Virus record (IMG/VR): IMGVR_UViG_3300037483_000719
Span: 1-35,093 of that record
Length of the DNA stretch: 35,093 nt
Strand: one strand, 5' to 3'
Source: a virus
Lineage: Duplodnaviria > Caudoviricetes
The translations under genes were made by a program, and so were the position numbers. The notes under the pieces are model-generated. The model searched no databases and was not told the DNA's origin. It saw only the letters and a list, made by a program, of their open reading frames with translations. Within the stretch, counting starts at the first letter, position 1. Every line of letters begins with the position of its first letter. Below are positions 19,601 through 27,663 of this stretch, piece by piece.

Positions 19601-22600
19601 CATGAATGGGCAAAACGAAGTGGTTGCCTGGGAACCGGCCAGGGAGGTTGTCAACCCCAAAGTCTTGCACCAGAAGGCCCGAAATTACGGGGCCGCGGCA
19701 CTGGCTGTGGCCACGGAGAATGACCAAAGGTACGTCGAATGGGTGGAGATAGCCAATGCGGTAGGGGTGACCAGGCTGGATTACTTCTATAACATCATTC
19801 AGATCGGAAGTGACGGGCAGGTCCTGAAGTCCGCAGAAAAACGGCACGAAATATTTGAAGGGGCATTTGCAGAAAAACAGAGGGCCGAGACAATGCCTTC
19901 AGGCTTTGTCTGGGAAGATGCCCCGAAACGCAGTAAGGGGTCATTCAAAGAGCGGCTGGCAGACTTTGTAGTCAATAAACTCCATGAAAAGCAGGACGCC
20001 AAACAGATGGCCGAGGATCTCGTGGACCATCCGGGGCAGATGGAGTTCATGGAGTTTATGGACAAGTACGGCCAGGAGCTGGCTGATCCCAAAAGTGCGT
20101 GGATGGCCAAGTGGGTCGGTCAGGACATCAGCAGGCCCAGGCAGATCCATAAACGACTCCAGGCGGAGTATGCCAGCCTGCAGGCCCGGGTGGCCGGTAA
20201 GACGCCGGCTGCGGATATTCCGATCAAGGATCTTTCATCTGAGCAGATTCCCGAGATCTCGATCCTGGATATCTCTACTGAAGTGACCCAGCAAGAAAAG
20301 GCCCAGACGCTGGCGCAGCTCATTGACAAGGCCATGGGCGATGCCAGACTGATCTATCATGTGAAGAGTACACTCCGCAATGCCTTTGCCCAGGGTAAGA
20401 AAGCGGGGATCGAGAAACTAAAAAGCCATTACAAGGACGTGATGATCCGTGCCCGGGCCAGGCGAATGCTGCGCGAGCAGGTAGGCCAGTGGGTCAGGGA
20501 GATCACAAAGCGGGCAGGTGCCAATGTGGCCTTTGAGCAGCGGGAAACCATCAACGCGATCCAGGATCACTTGGATCCCAAGTGGCGATCGCAGGCGACG
20601 CTGGTTGAGCGTGAGAAGTCGCGCCGGTGGCTGGCGGATAATCCCCAGGCCATGGTGCCCAGGTCTCTGATCAAGCTGCTCAACAAGACCGCGGTCAATG
20701 AGATGACTGTGGCCCAGATCGAGAGCCTTGCCCTGGAGGTCAAGAAGCTCCGTCATCAGGGCCTCAACAAGCGGCGCCTGCAGCAGGTCCAGAAAATGCG
20801 GTCTCGCATGGATGTAGCAAAGGACCTGATGGAGTCTCTGGGCACGGGCGATGCCGAGAATAACGGGCCGATCGTGGCCAGTACGCAGAGGCGGGGGGCC
20901 GGGGATATCGGCAAGACGGCCTGGCTGGGTACGCTGAGGCCGGCGAGACTCTTTGACCTGGTGGATCGGTCCAAGCGGTTTGCCGGGGCGTGGGTCAAGA
21001 CCTTCGTGGATCAGATCAATAAGGCGACCGATGCGAAACTGAGGGTGCAGGATGAACGATTACAGAAAGGCCTGAAGTTCCTGGAGTCCCTGGACATGAC
21101 AGCTAATGACCTGCAGCGGGTTCGCGTACTGGATCAGACCGAGTATACAGCCCAGGAGCTGATTGGGATCTACAACTTCATGAGGAACCCCTTGAGTGCC
21201 CTGGCCATCCGGTTTGGAAACAGGATCTCTGATCGCACGATCGACCGGGTCAGGTGGCATGTGGAGAATGAGGATCCTCGGCTTAAAAAGATTGCTGATT
21301 TCATGATCGAGGAATTCGATTCTAACTGGGCCAGGCTGAGAGAGGCCACGATTGCGATCTTTGATCGCGATCTGGGGCGTGAAACCAATTACATGCCCAT
21401 GATCAGGACCGAGGGGGATCTGACTGCGGATGAGCGACAGATCGAGACTGAGCTGATGCAGAGGATGGGCCTGCGAAAGGGCGTGGCCGAGAGCGGTTTC
21501 ACGCGGGATCGCGTGGAGATGGATCCGGAGTATCAAAAGCCGATCCGCCTGGAGGCGTGGGATATCTGGACCAGTGCTGTGGCGGCTCAGGAACATCTGA
21601 TCAATATGGGCCAGGTGACCAAGGAACTGCACCTGACACTCGGCAATAAGGACATGCAAAATGCCCTTAATGCCAGGTTCGGTAAGAACGCCAGGCCGGT
21701 CAAGGATATGCTCAAGCACTACATCGATCGCGTAGCGAATCCGAATATCTTCAAGAATGTGAATGAATACGAGAAGCTGCTCAAGACGATGCGGCACAAT
21801 GTGGCAATCGCGTATCTGGCGTATAATGTGGTGACCATGCTCAAGCAATTGCCGTCTGTCCTGTTTTATTTGCCCTATTGCGGGGTGGGGCAACTGATGA
21901 GTAGTGCTGCGGAGTTTGCGACGAATCCCAAAGCGGCGATCGCGTTTGTGCACGCCCGGGATCCCCAGGTGGCCCACGTGGTAGTAGAGCGGGAAATTCA
22001 GGAGCTGGCCATGGCCAAGGGTAAGAACTGGCAGCGGGTCAAGGCCAGGATTGGATCGACCGGTATGCAGGGGATAATGCTCTTGGATCAGGTGGCTCGC
22101 TGCATAGGCTGGAAGGCGTCATACAACAAGGCCATTGCACAGGGCCTGGCTGAGGATGAGGCAGTGCTGTACGCTCAGCGGGCCACGCTCCTGACCCAGC
22201 CTGCCGGGGCAGCCAAGGATCTGCCGGATCTGTATACGCGAAACGAGGTGCTCAATATGTTTTTGATGTTCACCAATCAGTTGAATCAGATCTGGAACAT
22301 GGGGACTTATGACGCTGTGGCACAGTGGAAAAACAAAGACTTCCAGTCGCTGGCCATGATGACCTTTGGTGTGGGCCTGTCCGGCGTGATCATGTGGTCT
22401 GTGAGTAACCGCAGATTGCCTGAGGATCCGGATGATATCATGGATGCGATCGGAGAGACGGCCATGAACAGTCTGCCCCTGTTTGGCCGAGGCGTGGTGG
22501 CCATGAACAACGGCTGGACGGATCCGGTGCAGGTGCCGGCATTGGAGGCCCCGATCAAGATTATGAAGGGTCTCCAGGACTTCAATGCCCGCCAGGTGTT

Positions 22601-22718
22601 GGAGGGGTTAAGTCTGGTGGGTGGTATTCCCTACACCCAGCCTCGCAGGGTATACAAGACACTCAAGAATGAAGACATGTGGGAGCTGATCGGCGGACCG
22701 CCGAAAGAGAAAAAGTAA
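16647..22718 (+). CDS. Large internal virion / DNA-ejection protein (gp16-like, polyvalent) with embedded RadC-like JAB domain
   Basis: 2023 aa with hydrophobic Gly/Ala segments near the N- and C-termini. JAB motif 'E.F.IIYVD....ILG...VHNHPSGNFTPSEQD...LIGHIVLD' at about 19056-19430. Confidence 0.8.
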   Translation: MAQEAPPINQLKINTNLSPVYQPPAGQLDALFDPKLEARTPVHLLNASFWSASLGISPEQATTYLDTYNKAFLGEDASQGNAWTRIKDNFANGKKMVALADLGNKAMKGQATDDDFAEIEFLKRGLRQDWRYAQRAWWDKALSDTAEQIPLMGTAMAAGGAGAVAGGMLFGGVTAVATAVDMIPGDEAAIGPAFWAGVKFGGTSGTAVRAGQLEAGGAYLDLLDEGIDPKIAAQIAAPIGIINGLIEAGQMMTLISTIPGLNQVGKGVMTRALRKTITKIVKDQTLTNLAKHRLARFGGYLATETLQEINQETTAIIGEALGKAINNELRGTELPQATLDQIKDRYIEIASKSLRSFAVLGAPGTIAGAGIDVVRKRSRKQGSGGQQNAGSGQTGRQGDEQGVVSGAFGQGAQTPGPGQDSQPVGQSAGPVVDQPGGTAEVGLGQPVIDLPSPDADGWLTLQYDSEEDAKADADWIKREAGMADEAVEVDVDGTSLRVRGDSIGAITETLKELVPRKRQAMSNVMSPVSDRVSAMESQVRLAIEGNKVYLDALADQQIQVDEASTVNQAAVAKMKDSTDPQAGLLALQWEMVQDGYFTAKEINQATREMVAEYEKTGLKLGEPPVTLDETQDIDLAQTETQSIALPEIKTGAELQAVAEVIDGQTISKAARQWGVKPNRLTSMIQGLDAEQVKSQAQKRGLNTADFLSQENAKAGLPGSSEAGTIESDPFNDPDSEESIAYETREAYQEAFQAVEKAIQRVSETEQPTEPGLERAAGRGPSLLRERLEPGTSGVLGDWRRHRRIDYTGRVVFGPQAVAELFAVYRHPRIEQFHIIYVDDQGQILGHNMMSSGLSTVSQAVEAKNWTRVSYLITHRMKRLGATGYYLVHNHPSGNFTPSEQDLQVTTSYNKAAPGLIGHIVLDDTEFSVIKPLSDTRGTVNVLKYGTPQKRLSPSTAGKIVPDSNEENIAFLAHPETNRDTDVLLFMNGQNEVVAWEPAREVVNPKVLHQKARNYGAAALAVATENDQRYVEWVEIANAVGVTRLDYFYNIIQIGSDGQVLKSAEKRHEIFEGAFAEKQRAETMPSGFVWEDAPKRSKGSFKERLADFVVNKLHEKQDAKQMAEDLVDHPGQMEFMEFMDKYGQELADPKSAWMAKWVGQDISRPRQIHKRLQAEYASLQARVAGKTPAADIPIKDLSSEQIPEISILDISTEVTQQEKAQTLAQLIDKAMGDARLIYHVKSTLRNAFAQGKKAGIEKLKSHYKDVMIRARARRMLREQVGQWVREITKRAGANVAFEQRETINAIQDHLDPKWRSQATLVEREKSRRWLADNPQAMVPRSLIKLLNKTAVNEMTVAQIESLALEVKKLRHQGLNKRRLQQVQKMRSRMDVAKDLMESLGTGDAENNGPIVASTQRRGAGDIGKTAWLGTLRPARLFDLVDRSKRFAGAWVKTFVDQINKATDAKLRVQDERLQKGLKFLESLDMTANDLQRVRVLDQTEYTAQELIGIYNFMRNPLSALAIRFGNRISDRTIDRVRWHVENEDPRLKKIADFMIEEFDSNWARLREATIAIFDRDLGRETNYMPMIRTEGDLTADERQIETELMQRMGLRKGVAESGFTRDRVEMDPEYQKPIRLEAWDIWTSAVAAQEHLINMGQVTKELHLTLGNKDMQNALNARFGKNARPVKDMLKHYIDRVANPNIFKNVNEYEKLLKTMRHNVAIAYLAYNVVTMLKQLPSVLFYLPYCGVGQLMSSAAEFATNPKAAIAFVHARDPQVAHVVVEREIQELAMAKGKNWQRVKARIGSTGMQGIMLLDQVARCIGWKASYNKAIAQGLAEDEAVLYAQRATLLTQPAGAAKDLPDLYTRNEVLNMFLMFTNQLNQIWNMGTYDAVAQWKNKDFQSLAMMTFGVGLSGVIMWSVSNRRLPEDPDDIMDAIGETAMNSLPLFGRGVVAMNNGWTDPVQVPALEAPIKIMKGLQDFNARQVLEGLSLVGGIPYTQPRRVYKTLKNEDMWELIGGPPKEKK

Positions 22719-22751
22719 GAAGTGTGAGAAACAAATTTACGGAGTAAGAAA

Positions 22752-25238
22752 ATGAAACGGATCCATTCAATCATATTTGTAGTACTTGTTTGTCTTTTGA
22801 GCCTTCAGCCTGCAGTCTTCATCCAGTCCGCCCGGGCGGCGATCTCAACCAATGAAGACTCTGAACGATACTCACTCAATGGCACAACTGTGGACTTTGC
22901 CTTTGACTGGCCGGTTCACGATACGTCCGAGATCCGCGTGATCGTCTACGACCTGGCCACGCGTGAACCCAACGTGCTCACTGAGAACTCAGACTATACC
23001 ATTGACCTGCCCAATGACGACGGCTTTGCCATGCCAGGCGGAACGCTCACTCTGGTGGATGCAAAGAGTTCTGACTATGAACTCTACTTCTACCGCGTCC
23101 CCAGTCTCGGCCAGGCGGACTCCTACGCCAACCTCCCCACGATCACACCAAAGTCCTTTGAAACGTCACTGGACAAACTGGCCAAGCAGGTGCAATACCT
23201 CTACCACCTCATAGGCCGTGCCATGCTGGTACCAGAGACTGACGTCAATTCCTTCGCTGACATCGCTCTGCCGGGGTCTATCGAACGGGCCAGTACGTAT
23301 CTCTATTTCGATGCCAATGGGGTGCCTTCAACACAGACAAACAATACAGATCTGATAGTAGGCACAGACGCGCAGGCGTGGGACGATGACCTGGACGATA
23401 TTGCAGCCTTGACTCCGACTTTGGGACATCAGATTACAGGCGATGGTACGAACTGGACCGGACAGGCCAAACCGGTCTATGATAACCGTGACTATGACAA
23501 TATCGCTGCGGCTATTACAGCCATTGGTGCAACATCTGGTACGCTGGTAATCTCTGATGTTGAGACTCTGACCGCCAATGCTACGTTTCCAGCCACCCTG
23601 TCTGTGGTGATAAACAAGGGTGGTATGATTACAAAGGCCAGTACGTATACGTGTACATTGGACGGACCGTTTGAAGCAGGGCTGTATCAGGTATTCTCTG
23701 GTTTTGATGCTGGTGATGTGACATTAAGCTCAGGTGCAGTCGAAGTAGTAAAGCCTGAATGGTGGGGCGCCCTGGCAGATTCCAGCACAGACTCAACGCT
23801 CGCCATACAGTCTGCGGTTGAGTCAGGTATTACCTTAATTCAATTGAGTAAAGGTGAATATTTGGCGTCCAACATTACTCTTGATGATGCTCTAGATGCC
23901 TATATTTTCCAGGGATGTGGTCGGAGCAATTTGTCTACACGGGGGACAAGATTGACAAACAATGATACAACACCGCTCATAAAATCAAGCGAAACCGGCA
24001 CGCTAAGCTATGTATCACTAAGGGATTTATCGTTGGCTCAGGTGGATGGTACGGCAGGGCATTTGTTGGGGTTTGCAGGTGATGTCATAGAACTGGATAT
24101 TCAAGACATTTATGCCACTTTGAAAAATCCGGCATCAAGTTTTTTCAGCATGATCACAGCGGGGGAACGTGTGGCAAAGTGGCATATGCAAAGAGCTTAT
24201 ATAATAGCACAGCAAACCGGGGGCTGCACAGTTCCGGCGATCGACATCGTAGCGACCAGAAATACCTTCAGCCTGGATTTTCGGGATATATATGTGAATG
24301 GAGGTTCCGGGGGTACTGGTGACGCCTCACAAGCGCCCTTGATCAGAATACATGATGACTCTACTAATGGAAATTCTGGCAATATCCTACAAAACATCTT
24401 AGTGGAAGTCTCGCCAGCGGGCGCGATCGATTTAGGTGGCATGACGGATATAACGCTCATTAATGTATGTTGTGCCGATAGCAGTGTGGCATTGACTCAA
24501 TCGTTGATTAAAATCTCAAATGGTTCAAGCGGTCAAGCCGGTAATCATGTTTTGATTAATTGCAACGCAAGCGGCGGAGATCCCAATTACAACGATATTG
24601 AATTAGCTGGAGGCAATGCTACGCTTGTGTTAATAGGTGGGTCTTTTAATTATGTCAAGTCTGTGGCTTTCCCTGTGCAAGTCATTGGACATTCCAGTAC
24701 GTTAATACCGGTTGGTGCAACAGTATTCACACGGATAAATCCAAGTGGGTATTTATTGGGCGTGGCCGGTATCTCGACGGACAACTCAGTGCCCACAATT
24801 ATTGAGAAGCGAGCAACTATCAGCTTATCAAATGCAGATATTAAAGCGCTTGCTACAACGCCGATAACACTTGCCGCAGCGCCAGGTGCTAACAAGTGGC
24901 TGGAATTTGTTTCAGCAGTGCTGATTTTGAATTATGGGTCTGAAGTGTTGGCTGAGCCTAGCGCCCCGGATGATTTAGCAATACGATATATAAACGGTTC
25001 TGGTATCCTTGTGGCAACATGGGATACCACTCCTTTTATTACGATTAATCAAGATGCTTTGATTAATGTGTTTCCTGCTTTTTTTGGGACATCAGCAGGT
25101 ACTGTAGTAACCGGAAATCTGGTGAACAAGCCCTTGGTATTGGTCAATACAGGGACAGACTATACTGGCAATGCAAGCGAAGATACCACAATGCAGATAG
25201 AAATTGTATATAGACTCCATACCTCTTTAGGGTTATAA
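22752..25238 (+). CDS. Tail fibre/tailspike: signal peptide + T7 gp17-like N-terminal anchor + pectin-lyase-like beta-helix
   Basis: Anchor 'ISTNEDSERYSLNGTTVDFAFDWPV....I.V....L..NSDYTI...GGTLTL...E.SLDKL...VQ'. Beta-helix start 'VKPEWWGALADSSTDSTLAIQSA...LSKGEY'. Preceded by MKRIHSIIFVVLVCLLSLQPAVFIQSARA. Confidence 0.85.
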   Translation: MKRIHSIIFVVLVCLLSLQPAVFIQSARAAISTNEDSERYSLNGTTVDFAFDWPVHDTSEIRVIVYDLATREPNVLTENSDYTIDLPNDDGFAMPGGTLTLVDAKSSDYELYFYRVPSLGQADSYANLPTITPKSFETSLDKLAKQVQYLYHLIGRAMLVPETDVNSFADIALPGSIERASTYLYFDANGVPSTQTNNTDLIVGTDAQAWDDDLDDIAALTPTLGHQITGDGTNWTGQAKPVYDNRDYDNIAAAITAIGATSGTLVISDVETLTANATFPATLSVVINKGGMITKASTYTCTLDGPFEAGLYQVFSGFDAGDVTLSSGAVEVVKPEWWGALADSSTDSTLAIQSAVESGITLIQLSKGEYLASNITLDDALDAYIFQGCGRSNLSTRGTRLTNNDTTPLIKSSETGTLSYVSLRDLSLAQVDGTAGHLLGFAGDVIELDIQDIYATLKNPASSFFSMITAGERVAKWHMQRAYIIAQQTGGCTVPAIDIVATRNTFSLDFRDIYVNGGSGGTGDASQAPLIRIHDDSTNGNSGNILQNILVEVSPAGAIDLGGMTDITLINVCCADSSVALTQSLIKISNGSSGQAGNHVLINCNASGGDPNYNDIELAGGNATLVLIGGSFNYVKSVAFPVQVIGHSSTLIPVGATVFTRINPSGYLLGVAGISTDNSVPTIIEKRATISLSNADIKALATTPITLAAAPGANKWLEFVSAVLILNYGSEVLAEPSAPDDLAIRYINGSGILVATWDTTPFITINQDALINVFPAFFGTSAGTVVTGNLVNKPLVLVNTGTDYTGNASEDTTMQIEIVYRLHTSLGL

Positions 25239-25264
25239 GACAGACATATCCATAAGGAATAGAT

Positions 25265-25474
25265 ATGACGGAAAATGATGATTTCAGGCTGGCCCGCATC
25301 GAGCGGAAATTGGATCAAATACAAATCCTATTGTTGGGTGATGGTATACGTGCCGGTCTCGCAGACGATGTGCGTGACCTGAAGGTGTTTAAGAAAACAA
25401 CGATCGGCGCGATCACTCTGGTCGTGGGTACGATCGTGATGCAAATCGCGGTGTGGGTGAGGAGTAAATTGTGA
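25265..25474 (+). CDS. Small membrane protein, holin-like (coiled N-terminus + one C-terminal TM)
   Basis: AAGGA RBS and hydrophobic 'TTIGAITLVVGTIVMQIAVWV'. Located after the tail fibre and before the lysozyme. Confidence 0.5.
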   Translation: MTENDDFRLARIERKLDQIQILLLGDGIRAGLADDVRDLKVFKKTTIGAITLVVGTIVMQIAVWVRSKL

Positions 25475-25677
25475 TCGCCTGGATCGCCACAAGCCTGGCC
25501 GTGGCAGGCTGCTGGCTCAACAACCATCGACTGCGTGCAGGATTCTTGCTGTGGGTGGCGGCAAACTGTCTTTCAGCCGTGGTCCACATCTATGCCGACA
25601 TGCCGGCCATGTGGATCAGAGATGCCGTATTCACGGCGTTGGCCATTCACGGCTGGATAAAGTGGAAGCGACTTTAA
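25471..25677 (+). CDS. Small multi-TM membrane protein, PnuC-like half-module
   Basis: 'WIATSLAVAGCWLN....GFLLWVAAN.......F..LAIHGWIKW' matches phage mini PnuC-like proteins. Confidence 0.6.
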   Translation: MIAWIATSLAVAGCWLNNHRLRAGFLLWVAANCLSAVVHIYADMPAMWIRDAVFTALAIHGWIKWKRL

Positions 25678-25697
25678 CGGAAATTTCCAGAATTTTA

Positions 25698-25725
25698 TAA
25701 AGTCAATCCTGGATCATCCCGATAA
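25698..25725 (+). promoter_or_regulatory. Sigma28/FliA-like promoter candidate upstream of the lysozyme
   Basis: TAAA-N16-CCCGATAA compared with the consensus TAAA-N15-GCCGATAA. Confidence 0.4.
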
Positions 25726-25823
25726 ACGAAAAGATCCCGCATGAGCGGGAAAACAAAAGTGCCCCGGCGGTGCGGCAAACACCCCGAGGCGTGGTCCGAA
25801 ACCTGAATGAGAGGAATCGAACG

Positions 25824-26408
25824 ATGCAAACCTTACGTCATTTCCACCAATCCGTCAATACTGCACTGTGCGTCGCCCTGGTCTGGGTGGGCGGAATATT
25901 TTGTGGGATCATCTATTCGGCACTCGCGCAGCCGGTCTGTCAGCGATCTGTCAGGGGTCAGGGATCAGGGGTCAGGGATCAGGGATCAAAAGTGTTGGCG
26001 GTGGCTGTTTGTGATCCTGAAAACAAACAGCCCGAGATCCGGACTGTCATGCGCCTGCCGGCAACACAGCCAGCGGCTGCCGACGAAGCGGCCAGGCGCC
26101 GCATCTTCAAAGCGATCTGCCTGTGGGAGGGTCGGGGAAAGATCGCCTGCGATGCCGTTAACGAGGCCGAGGGCGCCCACGGCCCTGCGCAGATCCGCCA
26201 GGGGTACCTGACCGACTCAGGGCTGGCCTACACGCTCCAGGATTGCCACGATTACGAGATCTCGTATCAGGTGGCTGTAGCGTACTGGCAGCGGTATGGC
26301 CTGGTCACAGACGAGCAGAGAGCCCGCGGGCACAACGGTGGGCCAAAGGGACCGCAGCGGGCCAGCACGCTGGCGTACTGGGCTGGGGTTAAGGGGTATC
26401 TTCAGTAG
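25824..26408 (+). CDS. Endolysin, invertebrate-type (destabilase-like) lysozyme with N-terminal TM/SAR segment
   Basis: 'AICLWEG...GAHGPAQIRQGYLTD...Y..RY...ARGHNGGPKG....TLAYWAGVK' resembles i-type lysozyme motifs. N-terminal hydrophobic 'ALCVALVWVGGIFCGIIYSALA'. AGGA RBS before ATG 25824. Confidence 0.75.
   Translation: MQTLRHFHQSVNTALCVALVWVGGIFCGIIYSALAQPVCQRSVRGQGSGVRDQGSKVLAVAVCDPENKQPEIRTVMRLPATQPAAADEAARRRIFKAICLWEGRGKIACDAVNEAEGAHGPAQIRQGYLTDSGLAYTLQDCHDYEISYQVAVAYWQRYGLVTDEQRARGHNGGPKGPQRASTLAYWAGVKGYLQ
25951..25988 (+). repeat. Heptamer tandem repeat TCAGGG(G/A) x5 inside the lysozyme linker
   Basis: TCAGGGG TCAGGGA TCAGGGG TCAGGGA TCAGGGA TCA. Confidence 0.9.
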
Positions 26409-26446
26409 TGGGTGGGTGTGAAGCCTTTTGTGGCGGAACTGTTTCT

Positions 26447-26794
26447 TTAGGTGATGATTCCAAGCGAGGGCAGATAAAGCGGGCAGAGGTCTTTGGGCGG
26501 CCCCTCTTGATCAAGTTTTGATAGGCTGTCCAGAAGCCATCTCTTGTATTCCTTGGCTACATTCTCATCACTGAAGAGCTCTGATATTTGGTCATAGAGA
26601 TCATTGCGGTCGCCGGTCCAGGGTAAGTCTCTGATTTTATCCATAATGCGTTCCGATATCATAATGAAACTTGACGGATCACCAGGACGCATTGTATCCT
26701 TTGGGAGCATAGATTCAAGGCCTTTCACGAAAGTTGGTATTATCAGGATGACGCGCCCCTGGCTGCCCGGTAAACCGGACCTGGGGCACTTCAA
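26447..26794 (-). CDS. Hypothetical protein (accessory, convergent with lysozyme); start uncertain
   Basis: 115-aa ORF with plausible composition. The nearest strong RBS (AGGAGG at about 26905) instead precedes a 10-codon ORF. Confidence 0.4.
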   Translation of the reverse strand: MKCPRSGLPGSQGRVILIIPTFVKGLESMLPKDTMRPGDPSSFIMISERIMDKIRDLPWTGDRNDLYDQISELFSDENVAKEYKRWLLDSLSKLDQEGPPKDLCPLYLPSLGIIT

Positions 26795-26935
26795 CTCCAG
26801 GTTGATTAACGGTGGCTCAGGACTTCTCTGGGAAGCTACCCTGACCGCCAGTCACCAGGACGCGTCAACAAGGCATAAACCGACCGATAGTGGTCATGGC
26901 GTTACCTCCTTTCTTGTGAGGTTAGGGGTATTGAT

Positions 26936-26976
26936 CCGGCTCAGAGTTACGGCTCTGGGCCGGGTTTCTTTTTTTT
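26936..26976 (+). terminator. Rho-independent terminator ending the late (+) transcript
   Basis: CCGGCTCAGAG-ttacgg-CTCTGGGCCGG followed by GTTTCTTTTTTTT. Confidence 0.75.
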
Positions 26977-27098
26977 CCAACCGAAGCTAAATTCTTCCTT
27001 AAAGTCTGCTTCTGTTTATTCGCGTATTCAGGTGTTACAACTTTCAATTGGAGCAGCTCATCATAAGAGGCGTCGAAGAGTTTAACTTGCGAATCTTT

Positions 27099-27653
27099 TT
27101 AACCCCTGTCCGGATGACCAGGTGGGGCGTACTTGTTGGGGATATGGTTATTGGCTTCGAGTAGCATTGCAACCAGCGGGGCCGTTCTTGAATTACGATC
27201 AAAAAACATGTTTACACTTGTTTTTGTCAGGAAGCCGGTTTTACCGTAGGCTTTAAAATGTGCGAATTCTGCTTGAATCACCCGTACTGTAAAGCTGTAT
27301 TTCTCTGAAGTGATGTCGCTGATATCAAAGTAGTCCAAGCGAGTGTCTATGCTAAAATATTCGGTTGAAAGTAGTCTCACAAAGTTCGCGATAGCGGAAA
27401 TCACGTCTTGACCTTGGTCGGTTTCTTTTATGCAGGTATCTGCCATTTGAATTATTTCACCAGCTTCAATCTGACCCTTATTTATGTAGGCCATTGCATT
27501 GATCAGTCCGCAGGCCCCTAACCTGATTTTTTTTTGCGAGCGAGATGTTGGAGGATAAACTTGAAGGTACAAATAAAGGTTTGCGACGTTCCTTGCGATG
27601 ATGGCAAAATTTCCGCCATTGGTCAATTGTTTCATGAATCCGAATAACCCCAC
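27099..27653 (-). CDS. AT-rich hypothetical protein co-oriented with the putative repressor (moron / immunity-linked)
   Basis: GTG 27653 with AAGGGAG RBS gives MGLFGFMKQ... Visibly lower GC than the structural genes. Confidence 0.6.
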   Translation of the reverse strand: MGLFGFMKQLTNGGNFAIIARNVANLYLYLQVYPPTSRSQKKIRLGACGLINAMAYINKGQIEAGEIIQMADTCIKETDQGQDVISAIANFVRLLSTEYFSIDTRLDYFDISDITSEKYSFTVRVIQAEFAHFKAYGKTGFLTKTSVNMFFDRNSRTAPLVAMLLEANNHIPNKYAPPGHPDRG

Positions 27654-27663
27654 GATCTCTCCC

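Noticed and set aside
21060-21977. Long minus-strand ORFs (also 5429-6274, 3771-4316, 30840-31514, 28571-29182)
   Set aside because: They are antisense shadows of well-supported + strand genes in GC-rich coding DNA, with no RBS or recognisable motifs.
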